Below are positions 51,299-61,199 of a stretch of DNA of 64,000 nt, piece after piece (positions within the stretch are counted from its first letter, which is position 1; every line of letters begins with the position of its first letter). This stretch comes from Planctomycetota bacterium. Its GTDB lineage: Bacteria; Planctomycetota; UBA1135; UBA2386. Made by a program: the position numbers and the translations under genes. Where the stretch lies: NCBI GenBank assembly GCA_965228735.1, contig OZ245838.1:1312001-1376000 (forward strand), read 5' to 3'. The notes beneath the pieces were generated by a model that was given only the letters and a program-made list of their open reading frames with translations, had not been told where the DNA came from and searched no databases.

Positions 51299-52327
51299 TC
51301 ACCGCACCATCGACCGCACCCCCGCGCTGAACGCGACGCCGGCGGGCGCGAGCGGGTCGAGCACGAGCGCCTGGGCGTAGATGTCGAGCAGCGTGATGCC
51401 GGGCGGGATCGCGATCGGCATCGTGGCGAAGCCGACTCCCGGTTGCTGCTGACCCGGCAGCGCAACGACCAAGGTCGTGAGCGGCGAGACGAGCAAGGTG
51501 CCGCCGAGGATCGGGGTGTTGTCCGGCGCGAAACCGACGGCGAGCGCGGCCAACGAACCACCCAGGGCGCGCGAGAGCCGCAGGCTCATCGTGAATCCGG
51601 CCTCGGGGCAACACAGACCATCCAGATCGGGCGTGAGGCCGCCGCTGCCGGCGACGCCGTTGCCGTAGGAGCTGTGACCGCCCGGGCAGGTCGAAGGCCC
51701 CGGCGTCACCGTGAGCCGGATGTAGTCGACGATCGTGTCATCGCCGACGAACACGTCGAGGAAGCCGCGCTGTTCGAGTTCGGGCAACACATTGCAGGTT
51801 CCGCCATCAGCGAGCGGCAGCCGTTCGAGGTCGAGCGTCAACGTCGCCGTCTGGTTGAAGGTCCAGCCCCCGAGCAACCCGTTCGGTTCCGCGAAGAACA
51901 CGCAACCGCTGCTGGTGAGCGGACCGAACGTCCGGCGGTAGACGACGGCATCGGCCAGCTCCACGGTCGTCGCATCCGCGAACATCAGCAGGATCCCGTC
52001 CGTCTGCGGGTTCCCGGTCGCCGAGGCCCGCATGGGAATCTCGAGGCGGGCCGCCGCGATACTCGACGGCAGTCCCGTGAAGGTGTGCGCCACGGAGGTG
52101 TTGTTGGCGCCCCCACAGAACCCGGCGCCGACGTCGAACCCCTGCAGGCCAACCCCGACCGAGCCGCACTGCAGCGTGGCGACGGCGGCCGGGCTCGGCG
52201 ATGCAGGGTCCGGCGGACACGCGAAGTTGTCCGCGTTGCCGGCCATGAAGATCTGGCCGGGAACCGGGGATGCGACGGCGAGCACAAACAGCAGGCCGAC
52301 CGCACGACGCGTGACGTCGAGAAGCAT
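51299..52327 (-). CDS. Secreted hypothetical protein with the shared C-terminal domain
   Basis: Signal ...ASPVPG|Q; beta-rich domain (GDDTIVDYIRL); CTD at about 51299-51685. Confidence 0.82.
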   Translation of the reverse strand: MLLDVTRRAVGLLFVLAVASPVPGQIFMAGNADNFACPPDPASPSPAAVATLQCGSVGVGLQGFDVGAGFCGGANNTSVAHTFTGLPSSIAAARLEIPMRASATGNPQTDGILLMFADATTVELADAVVYRRTFGPLTSSGCVFFAEPNGLLGGWTFNQTATLTLDLERLPLADGGTCNVLPELEQRGFLDVFVGDDTIVDYIRLTVTPGPSTCPGGHSSYGNGVAGSGGLTPDLDGLCCPEAGFTMSLRLSRALGGSLAALAVGFAPDNTPILGGTLLVSPLTTLVVALPGQQQPGVGFATMPIAIPPGITLLDIYAQALVLDPLAPAGVAFSAGVRSMVR

Positions 52328-52487
52328 GGTCCTGCAGTGTCCGCCCGCCCACGGATCGGACCGATCCCTACCCGATATTTCGAACGCTGCCATACCGACG
52401 GAACCGGGGCGCCGACTCGAGTCGAGCCCCGAGGACCGTCGACTCCTGCAACAGCCGGCCACCGAGGGCCCGTGAAGGGCGCACGGC

Positions 52488-53864
52488 CTACCGCACGTTC
52501 ATCTCGGCCGCGTTCGACGTCGCCCCCGGCAACGGCCGCGTGACCGCCGGGTCGATCGACAGCGCCTGCAGGAAGATCACGAGGCCGCTGAGCGACGGGT
52601 TCGCCGGGATCGGCAGCGACCAGCTGGCCGTGCCGGACGGGTGCGTCACGAGCACGGACACGGCCGTCGACGTGTAGCCGCGGCAGCCCGTGAGACCGAT
52701 GCCGGTCAGATCGATCGGCAAGGGCGCGCCACCCGACACGGTGTCACTGAAGCCAGCCGTGACGAAGGCGGCGCCGCCGGTGCTCGGCAGGTCCACGATC
52801 GTGACATCCGTCGTCGTGCCAACCGCCGGCATCGCGCCGGGCACGATCCGCGGCGGCAGCAGGTTGCTGCCGTCACAGCCCGTGCCGAACGTGCGATACG
52901 TCGCCGCGTTGCCGCCGAGCTCCCAGGTGTCGCCGATCGCGCCCGCGCCGTCGAAGCCACCGAAGACGACGGTCTGACCCCGAACGAGGTCGTACGCCAT
53001 CGCCATCGCCGAGTTGCCCTGCGGGCGAGCGGCGGTCACCAGCTGCCGCCACCCGCGGCCGTCGTACTCCCAGGTCTCGTCGAGATCGGCCACGCCATCC
53101 GAACCACCGAACAGCACGCAACGCGCGCGCTGCACGTCGAACACCATGAACGAGTCGGTCCGCGGCGACGGGGCGCCATCGGTCGTGACCTGCCTCCAGC
53201 TGCCGCCGTCGTACTCCCAGGTCTCCCCGAGCAACGCCGGCTCGCGCCCGCCGAACAGCACGGTCGTGGCGCGCGCGGCGTCGTAGGCCATCGAATGCCC
53301 CTCGCGCGGCCCCGGCGCCGTGGCGGGCGACACCTGGGTCCAGTCGATGCCGTCGTACTCCCAGGTGTCCCCCAAGAAGTTGGCCTGGTCGCTGCCGCCG
53401 AACAGCACGATCACGTTGCGCGCGCTGTCGAACGTCATCGCACTGAGCAGCCGCGCGCTCGGCGCGTTCGCCGGCTGGCGATTGCTCCAGTCCGTGCCGT
53501 CCCACTCCCAGGTCTCCCCGAGCAGGTTGAAGTTGAAGTCCCAGCCACCGAACATCACGGTCCGTGCCCGCACGCTGTCATAGGCCATGACGTGACTGTC
53601 ACGCTCGGTCGGCACGGTCGCCGGCGAGCGCAAGAACCAGTTGGTGCCGTCGTATTCCCAGGTGTCCTGGAACACGATCGACCCGGTCGGCGCGTTCCAG
53701 CCGCCGAACACGACGGTCCGGGCGCGAGCCACGTCGAACGCCGAGCGCGGGAACGTGGCGCCCGCGGGGCTCGCAGCGGGGTTGGGCTGCACCCAGTTCT
53801 GGGCGTCGAGCGCGTTGATGATCAGGGAAGCAGAGCAGGCGAGATAGGTGGCGGCGTGCCGCAT
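52488..53864 (-). CDS. Secreted kelch-like beta-propeller protein with the shared C-terminal domain
   Basis: GGAG RBS; six MAYDxxRxxxVxFGG...TWEYDG-type repeats; CTD at about 52488-52907. Confidence 0.9.
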   Translation of the reverse strand: MRHAATYLACSASLIINALDAQNWVQPNPAASPAGATFPRSAFDVARARTVVFGGWNAPTGSIVFQDTWEYDGTNWFLRSPATVPTERDSHVMAYDSVRARTVMFGGWDFNFNLLGETWEWDGTDWSNRQPANAPSARLLSAMTFDSARNVIVLFGGSDQANFLGDTWEYDGIDWTQVSPATAPGPREGHSMAYDAARATTVLFGGREPALLGETWEYDGGSWRQVTTDGAPSPRTDSFMVFDVQRARCVLFGGSDGVADLDETWEYDGRGWRQLVTAARPQGNSAMAMAYDLVRGQTVVFGGFDGAGAIGDTWELGGNAATYRTFGTGCDGSNLLPPRIVPGAMPAVGTTTDVTIVDLPSTGGAAFVTAGFSDTVSGGAPLPIDLTGIGLTGCRGYTSTAVSVLVTHPSGTASWSLPIPANPSLSGLVIFLQALSIDPAVTRPLPGATSNAAEMNVR

Positions 53865-54194
53865 GTGGTCTCCGAAGTGCAAAGGGTTGTCAGGCGACCG
53901 CGCACCTCTAGTCCGCGACCCGGACCCGGGAACACGGAAGTCGCCGCGCACAGTGGTGAAAAAGGCCCTGGTTCGGCCCACGACGCCGGCGCGGCGGCGC
54001 GGCTGTTCTCCCGCCCCGGACGGCCCGTACCAGTCCCCGGAATTCTTACACCTCGCGCCCGGTTCTGGCCGACGCAGGAAGCGGGGAACGCCGGGCCCGC
54101 AGCCCATGGAAGAAGTTGCAGAACGACGCCCGTTCCACTTCGATCTCGGCGCCCTGGAGGAATTCCACGCACCGCATCTGCCAGCCCGAACGAC

Positions 54195-55754
54195 ATGATC
54201 CACCTCGTCCATCAGTGGTTCTCGCGCGCTGCAGCCCTGACCCCCGACAAGCTGGCGGTCTGCTGTCAGGACGACGCGTTGACCTTCCGGGACGTCGACG
54301 AGTTCACCAACGGCCTCGCACGCGAGCTGCAGCGCCAGGGCGTCGAGCGCGGCAGCCTGGTGCCGTTCTTCATGCAGAAGGGGGTGCGGTCGATCCTCTC
54401 GATCCTCGCCATCCTCAAGGCCGACGCCGCATACGTCCCGGTCGACGCGGCCTCACCGGCGCAGCGGCTGCGCTCGATCCTCGAGGCCGCGGGCGGCCGG
54501 GTCGTGATCGTCGACGCCGACAGTCGAGAAGACTTCCTGCGACTCATGGACGAGGCGGACTATCCGCAGGACCGGCGACCGCGAGTCCTGAACATCTCCG
54601 ACTACCCGACGGACGGGTTCGCCGCGAACGACCGCACGGCACTCGACCACCGCAACCTGTCCATCGACATCGCCTACGTCCTGTTCACGTCGGGCTCCAC
54701 GGGAACCCCCAAGGGGGTGATGATCCCGCACCGCGCGATCATCGACTACATCGACTGGTGCGTCGATGAGTACGCGCTCACGGAGAGCGACGTGATCGCG
54801 AATCACGCCCCGCTCTACTTCGACAACTCGACGTTCGACCTCTACACGGCGTTCCGGACCGGCGCGACCCTGCACCTCGTGCACGAGGAGCTCAACGCCA
54901 TCATCCCCGCGCTCGTGCCGTGGATCCGCGATCGCGGCATCACGACGTTCTTCTGCGTGCCATCGGTGATGCGCATGCTGCTGCGGTCGCGGCGCCTGAA
55001 ACCCGACTCGTTCCCGGCGCTCCGTCACGTCATCGCCGCGGGCGAAGTGCTGCCGCCGGACGTCGTGGCGTCCTGGATGGACATCTACCCGCACATCCAG
55101 TTCACCAACATGTACGGGCCCACCGAGATCACGGTGGACTGCAGCTTCCACGTGATCCACGAGCGCCCGGACCCGACCGTGCCGGTGCCCATCGGGAAGG
55201 CGCGCCAGAACATGGAGCTGTTCGTTCGACTCCAGGATGGCACGCTGACCCAGGAAGCGGGAACGGAAGGCGAGCTGCTCGTGCGCGGAACGTCCGTCGC
55301 CTACGGCTATCTCGGCGATGCCGAGCGAACCGACAAGGTGTTCATCCAGAACCCGGAGAACCCACGGTTCCACGACCCCCTCTACTGCACCGGCGACCTC
55401 GTCCGGCTCGAGGAGCACGGCGTGTTCCAGTTCCTCGGCCGGGCCGACGACCAGGTCAAGTTCATGGGCTATCGCATCGAGCTCGGCGAGATCGAAGCGG
55501 CGCTGAGCGGTCTCGACGGCGTCGACGAGGGCGTCGTCGTGTTCCGGAGCGAAGAACCGCGAGAGATCGGCGCGCTCGTCGTCCTGACCGATGGCGTCGC
55601 CATCGAGCAGGTGCGCGAGCAGCTGCAGAGCAAGCTCCCGTCCTACATGGTGCCGACCGCCCTGGTCGAGCATCGCGGCGAGGTCCCGAGCACGCCGAAC
55701 GGCAAGTACGACCGCAAGGCGGCGACCAGGATCGTGTTCGGGCAACCGGCCTGA
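54195..55754 (+). CDS. Stand-alone amino-acid adenylation enzyme (DltA/NRPS-A-like)
   Basis: LKADAAYVPVD, YVLFTSGSTGTPKG, FDNS, NMYGPTE, YCTGDL, GRADDQVKFMGYRIELGEIE, NGKYDR. Confidence 0.93.
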   Translation: MIHLVHQWFSRAAALTPDKLAVCCQDDALTFRDVDEFTNGLARELQRQGVERGSLVPFFMQKGVRSILSILAILKADAAYVPVDAASPAQRLRSILEAAGGRVVIVDADSREDFLRLMDEADYPQDRRPRVLNISDYPTDGFAANDRTALDHRNLSIDIAYVLFTSGSTGTPKGVMIPHRAIIDYIDWCVDEYALTESDVIANHAPLYFDNSTFDLYTAFRTGATLHLVHEELNAIIPALVPWIRDRGITTFFCVPSVMRMLLRSRRLKPDSFPALRHVIAAGEVLPPDVVASWMDIYPHIQFTNMYGPTEITVDCSFHVIHERPDPTVPVPIGKARQNMELFVRLQDGTLTQEAGTEGELLVRGTSVAYGYLGDAERTDKVFIQNPENPRFHDPLYCTGDLVRLEEHGVFQFLGRADDQVKFMGYRIELGEIEAALSGLDGVDEGVVVFRSEEPREIGALVVLTDGVAIEQVREQLQSKLPSYMVPTALVEHRGEVPSTPNGKYDRKAATRIVFGQPA

Positions 55755-56165
55755 GTCGTTCGCGCCGGGGCCTCGCGCTCTGGCCTTCGCGCCGTGGCCT
55801 TCACGCCGTGGCCGCGGCGCACGGAACCGTAGCGCCCCCGTGTCCACCGACGCTCGACCCGCCTACGATGGCGCGATGTCGAGGATGCCCGCCGCCCTCT
55901 TCGTCTGGTGCGCCGCGACGTCGCTCGTGGCTGCGGCCCCGGGTCCGCACTACGCCGCGATCGGCAACGCGCTCGTGGTGCGCATCGGCGACTGAGACGG
56001 ACTCCCGCCGTTTTCGCAGCGCCGACACCGCGATCGCTGCGGCTGGTTCGGTCCGGCAAGTGCGCGGGCAGTCGTCTCGCCCGGTCCACGCGTCGTGTTA
56101 TCGTCGGCGGCCGGCGCCGCTACCGCTGCGTTCGCCCATCCCCTGTCCGCGCTCGACCGACGACC

Positions 56166-57584
56166 ATGTCGCACACCACCATCAACCTCGCTGTCATCAC
56201 CATCCTCACGGCCGGCGCCTGCGCCCAGATCGTGCCGTGGACCCAGCAGTCGCCGGCCAGTTCCCCGTCCGTTCGTGAACGCACCTTCACGGCGACGGAC
56301 GGCAACGTCTTCTACATGTATGGCGGCCAAATCGGCGCCTCGACGACGGGCCGCGACGACCTCTGGTCGTGGGACGGCTCGGCGTGGACGCAGCTCTCGA
56401 CCGGCACCGGACCCGGCACCCGCTGCGGCGGCGTCATGGCCTACGATCAGGCGACCGGCAAGCTCGTCCTGTTCTCGGGCAAGGGCACCGGCGGCAACTG
56501 GAACAACTACGACAACCAGACGTGGGAGTGGGATGCCGGCAACGGCTGGGTCCAGATGAGCCCCGGCACGTCGCCGGACCCGCGCTGGCTCATGGGTGAC
56601 TCGGCCGTCTACACCCCGGCCTACGGCGTGCTGTTCCACGGCGGCAAGGCCTGGGACTCGACCGGGACCGCCTACGACTCGAACGAGACCTGGGCCTGGC
56701 TCGGCGGCACCTGGGTCAACCTGCCCACGGCCAACGGGCCCACGGTCTTCAACCACTCGATGGTCTACCGGCCGGCTCCGCACGACGACGTGATCCTGTT
56801 CGGCGGCAAGCTGAACGGCGCTGACAGCGCCGCCACCTACCGCCTCGATCTCAGCACGCTGACCTGGTCGCAGGTGACGACCGCGGTGTCGTACCCCGCG
56901 ACGGGCACGTTCGCCCACCTGTCGTACTACAACCCGATCACCGACAAGGTCGTCGTGCACGGCGGCACCGGCGGCAGCTCGATCAGCGTGACCTACGAGT
57001 TCGACGGCGTCGATTGGACGGACGTCTCGAGCGCCGGCGCACCGTCGTGCCGCAACGGCGGCGCAGAGTGGGTGAACGCGCTCAGTGTGGCCGTCGCGGG
57101 TCCGATGAGCGAGAACAACGGTGCACGCGACCGGGTCTGGCACCATGGCCCGAGCACCTGGGGCACGTTCACGATCATGGGCACGGACTGCCCGTCGAGC
57201 ACGGCGCAGACCGCCACGATCTCGTCGCCGGACATGCCGTCGATCGACGCGACGCTCGACCTCGACTTCGACAACCTGACGGCCGGCACGTTGACGTTCG
57301 GTGTGCTGGGCTTCTCGGACACGATGCTCGGCGGCGCCGCCCTGCCGATCCCACTCGCGCAATTCCTGCCGGGCACCGATCCGGCCTGCAGCGTGCAGGT
57401 GAGCAACGACGTCAGCCTGTTCCTCGCGACCGCGGGCACGAGCACGACCCTCGCGCTGTCGTTCCCGAACAACCCGGTCCTCGTCGGCACCCGATTCTTC
57501 GCGCAGGGCGTGCAGATCGAGCTCGGCGCCCCGATCACCGCGGCGAACACGAAGTACGCCGAGATCGTCCTCGGGGAGCTGTAG
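56166..57584 (+). CDS. Secreted kelch-like protein with the shared C-terminal domain
   Basis: Signal GACA|Q; YGG/FSG/HGG...TWxWxG repeats; CTD from about 57159. Confidence 0.88.
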   Translation: MSHTTINLAVITILTAGACAQIVPWTQQSPASSPSVRERTFTATDGNVFYMYGGQIGASTTGRDDLWSWDGSAWTQLSTGTGPGTRCGGVMAYDQATGKLVLFSGKGTGGNWNNYDNQTWEWDAGNGWVQMSPGTSPDPRWLMGDSAVYTPAYGVLFHGGKAWDSTGTAYDSNETWAWLGGTWVNLPTANGPTVFNHSMVYRPAPHDDVILFGGKLNGADSAATYRLDLSTLTWSQVTTAVSYPATGTFAHLSYYNPITDKVVVHGGTGGSSISVTYEFDGVDWTDVSSAGAPSCRNGGAEWVNALSVAVAGPMSENNGARDRVWHHGPSTWGTFTIMGTDCPSSTAQTATISSPDMPSIDATLDLDFDNLTAGTLTFGVLGFSDTMLGGAALPIPLAQFLPGTDPACSVQVSNDVSLFLATAGTSTTLALSFPNNPVLVGTRFFAQGVQIELGAPITAANTKYAEIVLGEL

Positions 57585-57585
57585 C

Positions 57586-57610
57586 CCGCTTCGCCAACCG
57601 GCGGGGTTTT
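57586..57610 (+). terminator. Possible intrinsic terminator
   Basis: CCCGC...GCGGG stem followed by GTTTT just after the stop codon. Confidence 0.35.
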
Positions 57611-57728
57611 CGGGCGGTGTCTTCGCGCATCCCGAGTTCGCCCGCCGCGTCGCGGCGCAGCGCTGACCCGGACCGATCGGCGTTCCGCGGGTAGACTACC
57701 GGGGCTGCCGCCCCACGACTTCTCGCCA

Positions 57729-59258
57729 ATGCACTCTCGCCACCTCCCTCGGTTCGCGCTCGTCGCGGGCGTCGCCGCGTTCCTGGCCGTTCCGGTCGTT
57801 CGGGCGCAGGTTCAACCGATCCCGGTCCTCACGCGCTCCGTCACGCTCGACTCGGGCTACGTCCAAAACCCCACGAGCACGACCGCGATCGTGTTCCGCC
57901 AGGACCTCGTGGTCCCGGACGCCCTCTGGCTGCGGCTGCGGTTCGGCACCACGAATCTGCCCGCGGGCGGTCGGTTGCGGCTCACCTCGCTGCACGACGG
58001 CGCGGTCCAGTGGTTCGACGCCGGCAGTCTGCGTGACTACGGCAACGGCTCGGCCTACTTCAACGGCGCGGGGGTCACGATCGAACTGTTCGCCGCCGGG
58101 GGCAGCACCGGCAATCGCGTCGCGGTGACCGCGGTCGAGCTCGAGTCGCGCGACACCCCACGCGTCGATTCGATCTGCGGCAACACCGACGACCGGGTGC
58201 TCGCGACCGACCCGCGCATCGGGCGCGCCGTCACCGGCGCCTCGGCCTGCACGTGGTGGCTCATCAGCGAATGCGTGATCGTCACGGCCGGCCACTGCGC
58301 GGACAACGCGACGACGCCGACGATCATCGGGTTCAACCTGCCGCTGTCGACGACGGGCGGGACGATGGTCCATCCGCCGCCGGACGACCAGTACCCGGCG
58401 ATCGTGCCGACACTGCAGTTCCAGGATGCGGGCATCGGCCGCGACTGGGCCGTCATGCGCATGGGGCGCAACAGCAACCATGGCGAGTACCCCGGTGAGC
58501 GCCAGGGGGCGTGGTTCGAGCTCGGCCCGGTGCCGAATGGCATCGCTGGCGTCGACATCCGGATCACGGGCAACGGGCGGGTCTCGGCGCCGGTATCGCT
58601 GACGTGGAACTCCGTGACGAAGACCCACGTCGGACCGCGGGTCACCACGGGCACCGCCGATGCGCTGCGGTACGCGACCGACACGACCGGCGGCAACTCC
58701 GGTTCACCCGTCATCCACGAACAGACCGGGCGTGCCATCGGCGTGCACACGCACGGCGGGTGCAACTCGTCGGGCGGCGGCAACTACGGCACGCGAATCG
58801 ACAAACCGGCGTTCGCCGCGGCAGTCAACAGCGCACTCGCGCTCGCGTGCGGCACGTTCGCGTCGTTCGGCCAGGGCTGCGGCGGCGCGCTCGGGCCGCC
58901 GGACCTGTCGATGAGCGGCCTGCCCGACATCGGCACGACGGCCAACGTCGACCTCGGCAACCTGCCGGCGCAGCAGTTCGGGCTCGTCGCCTACGGCTTC
59001 TCCGACACGGTCTACCAGGGCACGACGTTGCCGTTCGATCTCGGCGCCGCCGGGCTCCCGGGCTGCACGCTCTACGCCGCGCCGGACCTCAGCGTCTTCG
59101 TGCCGACCGCGAACGGCAGCACCAGCTACCCGCTCGTGATCCCCAACGCGCCCGCGTTCGTCGGCGTCGACCTGTTCGTCCAGTATTTCGTCACCGATCC
59201 GACGTCCGCCGGCGGCGCCGCCGTTTCGAACGCGGCGCGGATCCACATCGGCGCGTGA
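57729..59258 (+). CDS. Secreted trypsin-like (S1) serine protease with pro-domain and the shared C-terminal domain
   Basis: SICG..DDR, VTAGHC (H), RDWAV (D), GGNSGSPV (S), GVHTHGGC; CTD from about 58848. Confidence 0.93.
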   Translation: MHSRHLPRFALVAGVAAFLAVPVVRAQVQPIPVLTRSVTLDSGYVQNPTSTTAIVFRQDLVVPDALWLRLRFGTTNLPAGGRLRLTSLHDGAVQWFDAGSLRDYGNGSAYFNGAGVTIELFAAGGSTGNRVAVTAVELESRDTPRVDSICGNTDDRVLATDPRIGRAVTGASACTWWLISECVIVTAGHCADNATTPTIIGFNLPLSTTGGTMVHPPPDDQYPAIVPTLQFQDAGIGRDWAVMRMGRNSNHGEYPGERQGAWFELGPVPNGIAGVDIRITGNGRVSAPVSLTWNSVTKTHVGPRVTTGTADALRYATDTTGGNSGSPVIHEQTGRAIGVHTHGGCNSSGGGNYGTRIDKPAFAAAVNSALALACGTFASFGQGCGGALGPPDLSMSGLPDIGTTANVDLGNLPAQQFGLVAYGFSDTVYQGTTLPFDLGAAGLPGCTLYAAPDLSVFVPTANGSTSYPLVIPNAPAFVGVDLFVQYFVTDPTSAGGAAVSNAARIHIGA

Positions 59259-59351
59259 GCGCGCACTTCGCGCCGGCATTCGCGGTCCGCCTGGACGACC
59301 CCAGGCGGCCAGGTACAGTGACGGATCCCACCACTCCCTGGAGGATCCGCC

Positions 59352-60308
59352 ATGCTTCGCACCGTCGCTCTGTCTGCTCTTCTCGCCGCCACCGTTCCGG
59401 CCCAGTCCCCACCGTGCCTGGCCGAGAACGACCAGACCACCAGCGCGAGCAACGCGATCACCGCGTTCGGGTTCGGCGGTCAGAACTCCTTCGCGTGGCA
59501 GATCACGCCGACGAGCACGCTCGTCGTGCTGGCTGCGCGCGTGTTCACGGAGAACACGACGCTGACCGGTGACCGGTTCATGGCGGTCGAGATCTGGGAC
59601 GACCAGAACGCGGCGCCGGGAACGCGGCTCGCGGGCGGCGGATGGCGCATCGACAACAACCGCCCGGAGTCGTGGCAAGGCGCCAACCTCGATCAGCCCA
59701 TCGTGCTGACGCAGGGCGTGCCGGTGTGGCTGGTCTGGGTCGAGCCCGGGTTCAGTCAACCGATGACCGAGCCCGGCGGCGCCACGCAGTTGCCGCACCA
59801 GACGCGTTCGGGCACCGGCGCGTGGACACCCCGCTCGGCGTCCGCGCCGAAGTTCCGCCTGTTCTGCAACTACCTCGACGACGTCAACTCGGCGCCGGCC
59901 GGCTCCGGCTGTCCCCTGTCGACCAACCGGATTCCGACGGCCTACACCAACGAAGCGCCGCAGATCGGCAACGGCGACTTCCTCTTCGAATCGAGCGGCA
60001 CCCCGGCCGGCGGCGCGGTCTTCGCGGTCATCGGCGTCAACCCGAACTTCCCGGCCACGCCCGTCCTCGGCCTGCCCGCCGGTTGCGACCAGCTGACCGA
60101 CGCGGTCGCGTCGCTGTTGCTGTTCGCGGGCAACGGTGACACGCGTGGTCCCGACTTCGCGGGCCACGCGGAGCTCGATTTCCCGATCCCGAACAACCCG
60201 GGGCTCGTGGGCGCATTCTTCGCGGTGCAGTTCGCGCCGATCGATCCCGGCGCGACCGCGCCCCTGCCGTTCGGCACGAGCAACGCGCATCGCATCACGC
60301 TCTTCTGA
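59352..60308 (+). CDS. Secreted hypothetical protein with the shared C-terminal domain
   Basis: GGAGG RBS; signal TVPA|Q; beta-sandwich-like N-domain; CTD from about 59880. Confidence 0.88.
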   Translation: MLRTVALSALLAATVPAQSPPCLAENDQTTSASNAITAFGFGGQNSFAWQITPTSTLVVLAARVFTENTTLTGDRFMAVEIWDDQNAAPGTRLAGGGWRIDNNRPESWQGANLDQPIVLTQGVPVWLVWVEPGFSQPMTEPGGATQLPHQTRSGTGAWTPRSASAPKFRLFCNYLDDVNSAPAGSGCPLSTNRIPTAYTNEAPQIGNGDFLFESSGTPAGGAVFAVIGVNPNFPATPVLGLPAGCDQLTDAVASLLLFAGNGDTRGPDFAGHAELDFPIPNNPGLVGAFFAVQFAPIDPGATAPLPFGTSNAHRITLF

Positions 60309-60343
60309 CGTCAACGTCCGGGCCGCGACGCCGTCGGATCGAA

Positions 60344-60518
60344 GGGCTCGAAGCGGGAGTTCCGGTACACGAACGCGCCGTGCTCGAGGGTGCCGACCCA
60401 CAGTTCCGGCAGCCGAACTCCCACATCCGAGGTCTGCTGCGGGCGAGCCGTGGACGACGAGCACCCTTAGGCCGACGGGAACAAGGGTTGCCACTGCGGC
60501 ACGCCCGCTTCCGCGCCC
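60344..60518 (+). ncRNA. Candidate 6S RNA (rod-like structured RNA); strand inferred
   Basis: Nested pairings GGGC/GCCC, GAAGCGGG/CCCGCTTC, AGGGTGC/GCACCCT, CCACAGTTC/GAGCCGTGG and GCAGC/GCTGC, with a large internal bubble; about 175 nt, intergenic. Confidence 0.55.
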
Positions 60519-60613
60519 GCCGCCTCGAGCCGCATACCGACGGTTCTGCTTAAGGCCCGAACGTAGAGAGAGTGGAGCGGCGTCGAACGTGTCGGCGGCG
60601 CGCCGCCCTCACC

Positions 60614-60784
60614 ATGCTGATCGCCGCCGCGCTGCTCGTCTGGTTCGCCCTGGCCTTCGTGTTCGGCTCGGCGCTCGGCCGTCTGCTCAAGCACGCGTCG
60701 CCGCCCGCGCCCGGGCCCTTGGGCTGCAAGCTGTCGGGCCCGGGTTCGTGCTGCACGCAGCGCCGCGTCCGCGACGCGGCGTGA
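60614..60784 (+). CDS. Possible small membrane protein (56 aa)
   Basis: One TM helix followed by a Cys-containing tail; GC-rich third positions. Confidence 0.4.
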   Translation: MLIAAALLVWFALAFVFGSALGRLLKHASPPAPGPLGCKLSGPGSCCTQRRVRDAA

Positions 60785-60793
60785 ACGTTACGA

Positions 60794-60937
60794 CTACTTG
60801 ACGACCTGCACCTCGAGGCGCTGACTGCCCTCGAAGGCGTTGCCGTCGAACGTCCAGTCCTCGAAGTAGAACGTCACCGGCCCGAGGAACTCCGGCAACG
60901 CGACGTCAGATGGATCGGAGAGTCGGAGAATGGTCAT
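60794..60937 (-). CDS. Possible small protein (47 aa)
   Basis: MTILRLSDPSDVALPEFLGPVTFYFEDWTFDGNAFEGSQRLEVQVVK; protein-like composition and host-like codons in the 3' part. Confidence 0.4.
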   Translation of the reverse strand: MTILRLSDPSDVALPEFLGPVTFYFEDWTFDGNAFEGSQRLEVQVVK

Positions 60938-61199
60938 GATTCGGTTCTGGGGCTGAGAATGGATGGCGTCGAGGGACCGCCATTCCGGGCCTCGACGGCG
61001 CGCCCGGGACCGCACCGGTTGTCCTCGGACTCCTCCGGGCGGCCACGCGGACCGGGGTTCGCCGCTGGCCTATCTTTCTGCGGATGAACCTGACATTGCG
61101 GTGACAACGAGGTCTGTACGGCAACCCACGCCTCTCCGATTCAGCGCCCGGCCATCCTCTCCCGGGCGCCGGTTCGCGTTACCCGTTCGCTCCCCGCGC

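Noticed and set aside
52641..54194. Apparent N-terminal extension of the adenylation enzyme
   Set aside because: Mostly antisense to the kelch-like gene; A-domain sequence begins at ATG 54195.
55755..56165. Short ORFs between the adenylation gene and the kelch-like gene
   Set aside because: No RBS or motif support; cannot be distinguished from chance.
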